DNA of 64,000 bases from Chrysomallon squamiferum (lineage: Eukaryota; Animalia; Mollusca), in assembly GCA_012295275.1 (NCBI GenBank), contig CM022671.1:12028001-12092000 (forward strand), in the 5' to 3' direction. The translations under genes and the position numbers were made by a program. This document shows positions 34,231 to 45,900 of this stretch, piece after piece. Below the pieces are notes generated by a model, which worked only from the letters and a program-made list of their open reading frames with translations, had not been told where the DNA came from and did no database searches. Numbering within the stretch: the first letter of the stretch is position 1; the number at the start of each line of letters is the position of its first letter.

Positions 34231-35395
34231 ACTGTACCAGTAATAAAATAAAATAAAATAAAAACAAAAACAACAAAACAACCAATACAGATATTGAAAT
34301 AAGAGCTTTTATATATGCACAATTTCTACTTTGAAGATCATTGATTAGCTGATGAAGCAACCAAAAACTGGGGGTGCAGAATTCAAACTGAACTCAATGA
34401 TAAGTAAGTAGATTCAGATGTGTATTCCAACAAATAAACACTCCTGTAATAAGGATGAAACAGAAACCCTGATTAAGAACATGAAGAACATACACGTGTT
34501 CTTTCTCTTCTCCAGCTCCCAACGATCAGAAAATGAAAACATGAGTCATCTTGATACTGATGTTTCTATGCTGGCTTATGATACTGAATAAACAACAATA
34601 TAGTTGATACATCACATTACAACATTCCAGGAAATGAGGAAGCAGATAAGCTAGCAAATGAAAAAAGTAAAATAATCCAGTAGGAGTTAGAAATAAAGAG
34701 GAGATACAGACCAAAATTAAATATGAAAAACATACTAAGTAACTTCTAATACTAAAATAAAGAAAAACATTATTTCTAAAGCCATTCTACAGATATTTTG
34801 AAACATAAATATGGTTTACTTTTTTCTATTCATAGTTTTACATGTTTATTTATTTATTTATAATTTTTTTAAAATATTTTTAATGAAAGGTATTTTATTA
34901 AATAATCCAGATCATTTTTATGGAATATCTTTGAAATTTTCTCAATATCGATTATTCCACAGTGATTTCATTCTGTGCTTGCTAAATAAAGAAAGCCAAG
35001 CTGTTATTTCACAGAGTCCTAGAAACATAGTTCCTACTTGCATTAAACTATATTGTTTATTATATACTTTCTATATTTTTGTTGTTGTTGTAATGTGAGG
35101 TATTAAGAACTGTAAATAACAATAATAAATTTAAATTCTACTGACAGGTTCAACTGCTATACATTTTCTAAAGCTGTCTCCTTGAAATAGTCAAATTTAA
35201 ATATCAGGCTAGAGTAATCTAAATGAACCAATTATCAGGAACAAAATTATTTATTTATTTAAATCTTAGTGGTTTAGTTTGAAAAATTATATGATTAGCT
35301 GTGTGATGTTAAACTCGACAGAATCTTTTCAGTGAAACATTTCTCTTTAAAGTTGCAGGTATTCATGACTGACCCTCTTTAGGACTGGTAACAAA

Positions 35396-37495
35396 TAGTC
35401 TGGGAGTACAGAGGGTTGACCCTGCATTGTTGTATTAAGTTTTTTTTTACTGTTGATTTAGGTAGCCAAGGGTCTGTTTTCAGAAACTGCTTGATGACAT
35501 GTTACCCATGAGCAATTTGAGAAATTGAAGATGGCGTCCAAGATGGCTGCCATTACATATAAATGGCCATAACCCCCTACCTGTTCATCATAGGAAGGTG
35601 ATTTTTGTCTCTATTCCTAGGTTTTTGGGGTCAAGCTATCCATTAGAACTAAGTATTATGTTAATATCGTATTACATAATAGTAATTTCCAAGATGGCTC
35701 CCAAGATGGCCGCCATACCACTAAAACTGGCACATCTCCTTAACTATTTACTCCAAAATAGTCGTGAAGGTGTCTATCACTGGGTATTTCGGAGACATCT
35801 ATCTGTATATGATGTTTGATGTATCTAGAAATCCAAGATGGCTGGCAGTTTACAAGCACTGGTATATCTTCTATACTATTCAATCTTGGGAAAAATATGA
35901 AAAGATAAACAACCACAGGTGTTATATTATAACAAAAGTTATTTAGTTTTAAATTTTAAAGATGAATTCTCACACAGACTACCAAAAGCATATTATACAA
36001 TTCATATTTTCGGATGGTTACTGCTTCACCAAATAATTTACACTGTTGTACATTGTGTTGTCCCGTGTGCATCGCAAAGACATGCAATCAACCATATGTC
36101 GGGTTACAGCAACCCTGATTTTAGTAGGCACCAAATATTGTGCATTTCATGTTTGCAGAGTTGCAACTACAAGCACGTGAACTGCATGGAGTAGTACTGT
36201 GGCATCCACATTCTATTAGATGTACCGCCAGCTAGCCTGTAGGTCATTCACCCTTGAGTAAATCAAATTGAAATCAAATTGGTATCAAATACTTTCACAG
36301 CTCCAATTCTTCACATGCTTCCTTGCATGATCCATAGTTCAGATTCCAACCTGCTGCATGCATGCAAACTAAGGGTCCATACCTTAAGCGTGATGCCAAC
36401 TATCCCCCCAGGAGCATGCCCATATCGCATGAAGGTCGTCTCAATCATCATATCGCTCCAGATGCCATTCTATAAGCCAGCAGAATGGTGCATAACATGC
36501 TCACCCTTCATGACGTGTGACAACACCTCTTGTGGTAGCCGTTCCATCACACGAAGGTAGCACAACCCATATCTCGCATAGTTCACATGCCCTGCAGCAA
36601 AGAAGTGTGGTAGCATTTGCTTGTAGGTTGCCAGATGAAGGGGTTAGTCACCTTTGCGCTCAGCCCATACGAACGTCATGGTGAGCACGACAGGTTTTAT
36701 CAAGACATCGACCCAAAGTTTGGTAGTTTGACTCTTGCTGGCTTCAGTTTCGAGAATCTGCATGAGGTCACCACTGCAATGTAGTGATTTATCCTGAATG
36801 ATTCCGCGAAGTGCCTCTTCAGGTAGGGAAACGTTTTTTCGACACACCGCCAAACACAGAGGACATTACATCTGAAAGACTGGTATCGGCCATCAGTGTT
36901 CCGACAGATCCACTGAAGCTCATTAGAGAGTGCATCCCTCCCAACCGTAGAATAACATTTGAGAATCTTTCTGGAAAAGTCCACTGGACTTCGACAGCGG
37001 CCCTGTACAGCTGCAGATCACAAGTAAAATCTACGAACTGTTGCCCAATATTGCATGTGTAGATCTGTGCAAAGGCCACTGATGTCATCATGGTATCTGG
37101 GTGTGACGGGATCATGTCTATTAAGGGAAGGTAAACAGCCCTTATCTTTGATTGTGCTGAATTACCCTGTCAACATGCAGCCCCAGTATTGAGCCACTGT
37201 ACTCTGGACAATCAATACGATATTAACATAATACTTAGTTCTAATGGATAGCTTGACATCTAAAACCTAGTTATAGAGACAAAAATCACCTTCCTAGGGT
37301 GAATAGGTATGGAGTTATGTTCATTTATATATAATGGCGGCCATCTTAGACGCCATCTCGAATTTCTCAAATTGCTCAAAATGTCATCAAACAGTTTCTG
37401 AAAATAGAGACCCTTGGCTACCAAAATCAACAGTAAAAAAAAAAAAACTTAATACAACAATGCAAGGGTAAAAATGGCAGTTGGCTCCCAGACTA
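35396..37495 (-). mobile_element. Academ-like (AcademX-type) DNA transposon, internally deleted, ~280-bp TIRs
   Basis: Termini TAGTCTGGGAG…CTCCCAGACTA with long imperfect TIRs at 35396-35673 and 37214-37495; flanks AAA/TAA. Minus-strand remnants are FTCDLQLYRAAVEVQW..LRLGGMHSLMSF, AERKGD*PLHL..FFAAGHVNYARYGLCYL, GIWSDMMIETTFMRYGHAPGGIVG and a Cys-rich LIECGCHSTTPCSSRACSCNSANMKCTIF. TAG..CTA termini, long TIRs and this protein type fit Academ as I recall it. Confidence 0.8.
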
Positions 37496-38164
37496 TAATG
37501 AATGTTGCAATGAATAAAAATTATTACTGGATTAGTGTGAAGAAATATGTAAACTTACGAGATCATTGAAATTAGCCTATTAATTACTGCTATTCTTTAG
37601 ACTAAAAATGACTGTCAGCAATGTTATTAGTTTTGTATTTTTACTTATCTTACACGATTTCTAACTCACACAGCACATGCACATACATCTGTTGTTAGTA
37701 TTAGAAGCTGTTTGACATTAGATCATGTGTTCTTGATAAATGATCTTGCAGAGATTAGAAAGAAGACTGTGAGAAATGCGACTTTGAAAACTTTTATGTG
37801 AAACGTGTGTTTCTGTTGCAATATATATATATAAGTAAAAGAAGTATATATGTACATATATATCTTCTATTACAAAATACATATTTCTGTTCAATTTCAG
37901 TTTATTTTATTCTTGTCAAAACCTGATTACAGATGCTGTTTTTATTGAAGAAAATTTTGATTATTAAAGCTTTCTGTAAACAGACATTTACAATAGGATA
38001 GATACAATAAAGAAATTACCAAGACACTGGTTTCTTATTTTTGGTATCTGCAGTAAAAATTGTAGAAAAGTAAAATATTTAAACTGTTAGTCTAATATGC
38101 ACAGTGAAAATTACAGGTCTGTTTCCATCTTTGCATTAGCCATTGATTGGTCCTGGAATGTAAA

Positions 38165-38665
38165 ATATAAGCCCCCCAAGGACAAAACCCACCCAGCCCA
38201 AAAATGCACTGGCAGACAAAAAAAAAAAAACAGTGAAAAAACAAAAATCACATAAGTTAAAATTATTAAAAATACATTTTATAACAACGTAACATCAACG
38301 ATAGATACAAAATTTAATACCTTTTTCAAGGCGTATCTCACATGACGATCACGTGATGCACGAGCGTCACGATCAAATTACTTGAAGGCTTTTGTCTTTT
38401 TTATGGCGTTGATTTCATAACAAAATCAATTTATCCAAGGTATGCTAATTATGTGGATTACATTTAAAACTAGTCAGTTATTCACACTGTTTATCACACC
38501 CAGTTTACTCGAATGAATAACTAATTATATTTTCCATGATTTAGATAATCAGGGAAAATATTAAATACTAGTCATTTTACTTTTTATGGTGGAGGAGCTT
38601 TTGTCCATCCTTGGATATCTATTATCTGCCTCTGCATTTTTTGGCCTGGGGGTTAGGTCCGTATT
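38165..38665. mobile_element. Non-autonomous TIR element (MITE), ~500 bp, degenerate
   Basis: GGACAAAACCCACCCAGCCCAAAAATGCACTGGCAGA (~38180-38216) is the imperfect reverse complement of TCTGCCTCTGCATTTTTTGGCCTGGGGGTTAGGTCC (~38625-38660). Exact ends are uncertain. Confidence 0.6.
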
Positions 38666-39975
38666 TTCTCAAAGTTTCTTAATTAATTTTCCATCTTATG
38701 TTAATTTTTACATGCTAAGTGAGAGTCAGTATCTACAATTTCAAAAGACCTACTATATGTTAGGCACCCTACAAATTAGTGCACATTAAAAAGATGTTGT
38801 TTGTAGAAAATTAATTTTTCTAATTCAGGGTAATGGTCAAATTTTGCATGAAAGCAGTACTAAAAAAATCCAAAGCACAAATCTCTGGAAAGTAATGAGC
38901 TTTTTCAGTGGTTAATTGGCAACACTGACTGTATGGGGGGGGTGTATTTGTTTTGTTTTTGTTTTTGTTCCGATTTGTTCTGATTTTACAACTGAAGAAT
39001 CTTTATTATGTTTCATATTAATTAAATAGTTTTATGAATCTGGTCAGTTTGTCTTATTTGGAGATGCCAGAGTTTCAGTGTTGTACATGTTTATATTTCT
39101 ATATCAGGGATGACCCATTATTAAACCTCTTTAATCTGGTAACCCATCTTGGCTGTTTGTTCCTAGGAAGTGAATTTATCAGTAACTTATATATATGATA
39201 AATCAGATTACTTGCTCCCCCATTACATTTATTTAGGAAGAAGACACTGTTATGATATCTAGATCCAATGCACAGATGTGAATTAGTAGAATTCACTGTT
39301 ACTTAATGTGTTAGGAAGCTTGTGTGTGATGTCTTGTAATATTTACTACTACTATGCATTGTCTGTGTAAAAAATACTCCCAATGGATAAGAATGATGTA
39401 AACAGCAAAAAGATTCAATATTTTAATATACATCTGTTTTTTGTTTTTTCAAGGTTTTTTATTCACAATAAATTAGTTGACATTGAATTATCTCATCACT
39501 ACTCCATAAATTCTGATGTAATACCACTATATGAAATAGTGTCAAAGTATAAAACAAAATACAATGAATTTTATAAAAAAATATTTCTGATACTATTTAT
39601 TATGTAGCAGATTCTTTTACTTGAGGTTTGTAACAAAGAAACTTCTTTCAAATGATATATGATGAAATAGTTATTTATTTAGTGAACAAAATACTGCAGT
39701 ATTCCTTTTTTCATGTTTTCTAAATATTATAATAATGATAATGATGATGATGATGATGATCATAATAATAATAATTATAATAATAATAATAAATTTCTGC
39801 TTTTAAAAAAAAATATATATGTACATAAAAATTCAAAATAATTTTTTCTTCACATTCACAAATCACAATTTTTGATATTTAAAGCTAAAGCATGGTGATG
39901 AATGAATAAAAAAAGAAGAAAAAATATGATCTTCAAAAAGCATAAGCATTGTACAGTATTTTCCTAAAGACACAA

Positions 39976-42900
39976 TCACACCAGAAAAGAGATGATTACA
40001 CCAAAAACTATCATGATTACAGAGTACGTCGACACAACACACTGACTTCCTGTAAGAGGACAGGCGGCTTCTTTCAACATTACCCAGTATTTCTGTTCTG
40101 TCAAGCCTAAGTAGTTCTCTGCCACACATTTATAAAACCCTGCACTGTTCTCATCAGTCTTCAGCAGTATGAGTCGAGAATCTGGAATTTCATTGTGACT
40201 TATCAAAAGAACATTTCCATCAGAAACTAAAGGAATATCCTTTCTCAGCCATGTAACAGCTGGAACCGGATATCCTTCCACTTTGCAAGTCAAGTCCAGG
40301 GCTTCTCCAGTGGTTACTACTACAGTTGTAGATTCTTCATCCATCAGGGTTGGTGCACCTTTATAAACAGTAAGTCAGAAATTAGAAAGAAGAATAATTA
40401 AAAAAAATAAAAAAATAAAAAAAGTTAACTATGGAATATTTTTTAACATTGTTTTGATAGTGAGTGCATTCTGTAGTCACAATGTGATGGCACAGATTCC
40501 AAAATATCATGGCTGCCAAAGTCCAAAAAGTTAATCAATAATAAACATCTTTAATTTTTGACAGATTTAAGGAGTAAGTAATTTGCCTAATTCTAACAAG
40601 TGAAAAAGTGAATAACTTAATTATATAATGTTTCTAACTCTGAAGAAAGTATAAAAACTGAACAAAAATACTTACGATGACTGGGTCTGCCATTTGGTTT
40701 CAAGGTGACAGTGAAAATCTCACTGTGAACTCGGACTGCTGAACGAGTGGTGACAAGTGACTTGAATGTTGTTTGCCTTGCTACAGCCTTGCTACAGTCT
40801 GCGCTGGTTTCTCTGTGCTCATCACATCTGTAACAGATTCACTAGATCTTGCTGATTCCTGCTTAACTGATGCAGTTAATACTTTAGGTAAAACATAATC
40901 AACTGATGATGTAACAGGTATTTTAATTTTAGAAAACGATGTGTTCTCTGCAGTTGTAGAAGTGATTGTTTCACTAGCATAAGATCTAGAGTTGTTAATA
41001 ATGTCGGATGTTGTCTTCAAACTTGCTGTAGGGACAGTAACATTTTCTACAGAGTACTGGGCTGTTTTGCTGTGCTTGGAAGTTTCTGTGGATGTTACAG
41101 TGTTACTTTCATAAACTGGTAAAGATGTACTGTTCTCTTCAAGCCTGCTGGAACTGTTTCCAGTACTGACAGTGTCACTAACATTTGTTTTATCTGAGAT
41201 TTCAGTTTCATAATCTTCATACTGGTCAAAGTCATAATCAACCATTGTTCCATTTCCAGAACCTGCCAGTTCTTCTGAACCTGTTTGAGAAGAGGAGCAG
41301 ACTATTAATGTTACAAAAATGTCAAACAACAACTTCCATGTAATAACTGGATTGTTTAAACAGGGCATCCATTGTTGGTCAAACTAACCAAACAAACAAA
41401 TACAGATCTAGTTTTGGTATTATGGTGTTGCCTGCTAGTTACAATTAAAATGGAATTTACTTTATCAACTCTTTTGAACTCTACTGTTATTTATTTATGG
41501 GTTTTTAAATTAACACAGAAGAAACAAACTGTACACAACTCACTCTGATTTTCTGATTCAGGCATCGTGCTCACTAAAGACTGCTTGGCACGTACAGAAT
41601 TGCCTTCATCATCTTCACCAACTACAACAACGTAGTACGTAGCCTGTGCGTCCAGGCCAGGGATCTCAGACTTAAAGTCTGTTGCCTTCTCTTCTTGTAC
41701 ACGCTGCCATTTTCCATTCCCTTCAAAATAAATAGGTGGTCTTTTAATTTTCTTAAATTACTGAAATTTGACAAGAGAAAATTTATTTTTTAAAATAAAA
41801 AAGGTATTTTATGACATTTTTTATTTGTTCATGGATTCAAGATAGCCAATAGTAAATATATATATATTTCTTAATCATGTAATAAATTTGCCATTAAAAC
41901 TTATGCCCATTAGTGTGTAATGCCAGAGATATACTTTCCTTGTTGTGTGTATTTATATAAACTTGTGTATGGGTTTAAAACAAAACAGCAAATATGTACA
42001 TGTGTAAGTTATTCATAACATTTTAGACATTTTATTTACCTTTATAAGTTTTTTGTATATTGCAAGGAAAATTAACAGACATGTGGATGCTGAAATAATT
42101 ATTTAAAAATAAATAAAGTAATTCTAAGCAACAGATACACAAACATGGGCCAACACACACACATTTACCACCACAAAAAGACACACAGATAAATATGTGT
42201 ATGTTTGTGTTTGTATGTGTATGCATGTGTATTTATGTCTGTGTTTACCTAATCAACTTGAGAGAACTGAGTCAAACTCACCCACTCGTCTGTACTCGAC
42301 ATGGTATGTACATGGTGCTCTAGCATGCACTGATTCGTCAAGCTGCCAAACCACAGTGACTGAGTCTACACCACTGATCACCTTCGTCACACGTGGCTCT
42401 GCCAGAGCTGTGAAAACACTGGCTTTGTTAATACAGGAGTAGTACTGACACTGCCTTATTAAACTGTGTCTGTAGGCATTTATGCAAGTAACAGTTAGTG
42501 AATGCATGAATATTTTAACAACATTTTGTTTTCTGTTTTCTTAAAATTGAATTAATCCAGGTTTTGTAACTACAAATATAATTAATAAAACAATATTTGA
42601 TAATGTGAAATAGGACCTTCATAATATAACTGGATCATTATAAAATTAATTTTTTTCCATTAAAACATTCTAAAATACTGTTTTACATAAATACATTTTA
42701 TTCATTTACTTATTAGTATTTTATTTTATTTTAAATGTTTATTCTTTTAAAATCAGACATTAAGTTTTCTAAAATTAGGATGAGATTTTAAATCGGATTT
42801 TATAATATGACAAATTTGAAAAAGAGGTAAAACAAAATAAGAAATATATTTTAACTAAGTTTCTTTTATTTCTCGCTAAGTTGTTTTTGAATAACAAATT

Positions 42901-45900
42901 TTTTTAAGCAAACAATAATTTTTAAAACATTAAATTTTATTGTTTCTTATTATAGATTCAGAATAACAAATAATAATAACTATGTATTTAGAGAACAAGT
43001 TTCAAAAAGATAAATTGTTTCTTTTTATTATCAATTCAGAATAACAAACTGATAAACTTTAAAACATTAAAATTTATCTCTTTTTTATGTTATAGATTAT
43101 AAAGAATAAGAAAATTATTTTAGATTTTTATTTTACTTTATTAATATTTTGTGTGTGTGTGTGTGTTATAAGAAATACATTTGTTATTACAACTTACGTA
43201 AGTGATCTGACATAGTCATTGCAGTGATGTAATATGCTTCTCCATTTCCTTGTTGTGTGTATCCCCAGACAGCTATCTTGTAGAGAGATGCTGGTTCTAA
43301 CCCAGGCAGAAACGCCCGTGAGATGTTTGGTGTATCAAATGTTAGAGCCACTTTGAAAGATTTCTTAGAAGTTTCTTTAACAAACAAATAAACAAAATAT
43401 AGAAAAATTTAAAAATCCACCTGGTTGTTTCAGTTCTGTTTTAATTGCATATTTCCTTCATAGCTAATTACTCTGACTGATATATGAAAAATTGTTAAAG
43501 TTGTGAAAATTTATTTGATAGTGTGATTCTAAAAATCTAACTAAAGTATGGAAGATTATAAAAATGTGTATCAATTCTAATTTTATTATAACTTGTAAAA
43601 CAATATTAATTTTGCAAAAACATTTTTTACAAATTTTGATTTTGAAATTAGTTGATAAAATGCACATGGAAATGAAAATACAATCTATTAATATATTAAG
43701 GATTATACAAAACAAAAAAGCATTCAAATTAACATCTTCAAATTTACAAATAATCAACAATAAAATTATATAAATACTAATAGTAAAATAATAAACATAC
43801 GTTTTGAGTAACCAATTTGATATCCAAGTAATACCCCATTTGTTTTTTCTGGTTCTTTCCATTCAAGAAAAAAATACCTTGAACCTCTTGACTGAAGAAA
43901 TAGATACTGAACTTTACCAGGAACTAGAAAGAAATCAACAAAGGAACACAAACATTAAGCTAAGAAATAACAGTAACTGCAAAAAAAAAGGAATTTTTGA
44001 CAGAAACTACTGTGAAGTTATGAAGTAAAAGCTAAGGACTGTTTTCTATTTATCCATCCATCTGTCTGAATGTCTGACTGTCTGTCTAAACAAATATAAG
44101 AATAAAACTTTTTTTAAATAATTTCGCCTCCTATTTTGTTAAAGGCCATGGGTTTATTAGAAACAGAATATTGATGCATATTTGTAGATGTTTAACTTCA
44201 ATGTACATGAGAAAGGCTTGGTTATATCTTTTTGTCTATTTCACATTCACAAACCCTCACTTCTCCCCAAAGTTTCTCAATTCACCTTAATGTCTCTTTC
44301 CTAGCTCAAACCATGTAATATTAATTAAAGAAACACTGACCTCCTTCCAGTGTGGTAAAGTTGATGATGTTGCTGTGGTTGGAGATGAAATAGGTATTAA
44401 TGACAGCAATGTCCACAGAGACATTGGCATTGGCTGGTAGATCGTGCAGTGTGTATTTCAGTTTTCTTGGTTTGGATCTGTTTGGAGGAATTCTGACACC
44501 TTTCTTATGTTCTGGATCCTCACTTCGCCAGTATGATATCTGTAGACAAATAACATTCGAATTTACCATTCCAACTACGTCTCTGTGATTAGTATGAAGA
44601 AAGCTGTGGTTTCTTCTTTGCTCTTTACTGGAAGATGCTTATAACATAATTCTTAATTACTAACAGTAGATTGGTTTAGTGTTGCTGTAATTAATACAAA
44701 TTCATCTTTAAAAAACAAAGACAAGTAACCTGGTACCTAGTTTTAAAATATAATGATGAAGAATTTTATGGTATCTAGTTTTTACTACAATCATAAAGAG
44801 TTAGCTGATATTATAAGAACAACGAATAACTTGATATCTAGTTTTAAACTGTAAGAACAAAGAATAACCTGATATCTAGTTTTAAACTGTAAGAACAAAG
44901 AATAACCTGATATCTAGTTTTAAACTGTAAGAACAAAGAATAACCTGATATCTAGTTTTAAACTGTAAGAACAAAGAATAACCTGATACCTAGTTTTAAA
45001 CTGTAAGAACAAAGAATAACCTGATACCTAGTTTTAAACTGTAAGAACAAAGAATAACCTGATATCCTTTGAAAGCTCCTCGTACTGCAGCTGTACTTGA
45101 GTTCACCCGATTCCACTGCAGACGTGCGGAGGTGTTGGTTACTGGATAATTTGGGTCAAGCTCAAAGTTTTCAGGGACGACCAGTGGTACTGAAAATAAT
45201 ATTAACAATTACTATATTAGAAATTAAATAATCTGAAAACAGTGTTCATAAAATGCTAAATATTTATCTTTACATCGTCTGTAATTTGTTTGTTAGCTAA
45301 CATGATATAATAAAAGAAATACAGACAGATTAAAGGATAATATTTGATTAAGAATAATAATAAGAATATTATGAAAGTGTTTAGGGATGGCAGGCCACAA
45401 AGTTATTCCTACTCAAATAGATCTAAGTTTGAAATAGAATGATTTGAGTTATCTGTAGACTTAGATCAGTAGTTAGAGAATTGGACTACTGGTCAGACTA
45501 ATACAGCAAACATTTCATGACTGGTTTATTAAAGAACATTGTATATACTTTCCTGTCTATGAGAACATGTCTATAAAAGAACCAATATTGCTAATCAGAG
45601 TTGTCAAAGAGGTGGCCCTCTCTCATATAATCATTATGCAAAAAACATATAACCCTAGATAATAAATGTTACATTAAAACATGTTATTTTTATAATACCT
45701 GCTTCTCCAGAATAACCTTTTGTGATCCTTGGTGCTTTCAGAGATGGCCCCATAACATTCCCTGATGAAATCATGATGCTGTACGGACAAAACACTGTGT
45801 TCACAGGAATTCTGATGTGAGTGGTGTTACTGTTGTTGATGATGTAAGTATTGTAGTCTTTGGTTCCATCTTCTTTCACTGTAACATTGTAGTAGAAGCC

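Noticed and set aside
35598-37062. Plus-strand ORFs within the Academ-like element
   Set aside because: Antisense shadows of the decayed minus-strand transposase or TIR sequence.
44455-44510. Basic cluster HKKGVRIPPNRSKPRKLK in FN3-3 as the L1-type convertase cleavage site
   Set aside because: It is in the same domain as the vertebrate L1/NrCAM cleavage site but lacks an R-x-x-R motif, so it cannot be supported.
44828-45066. Regular 38-bp repeats as a CRISPR array
   Set aside because: Units are contiguous with no unique spacers, the context is a eukaryotic intron, and there are no cas genes. It is a minisatellite.
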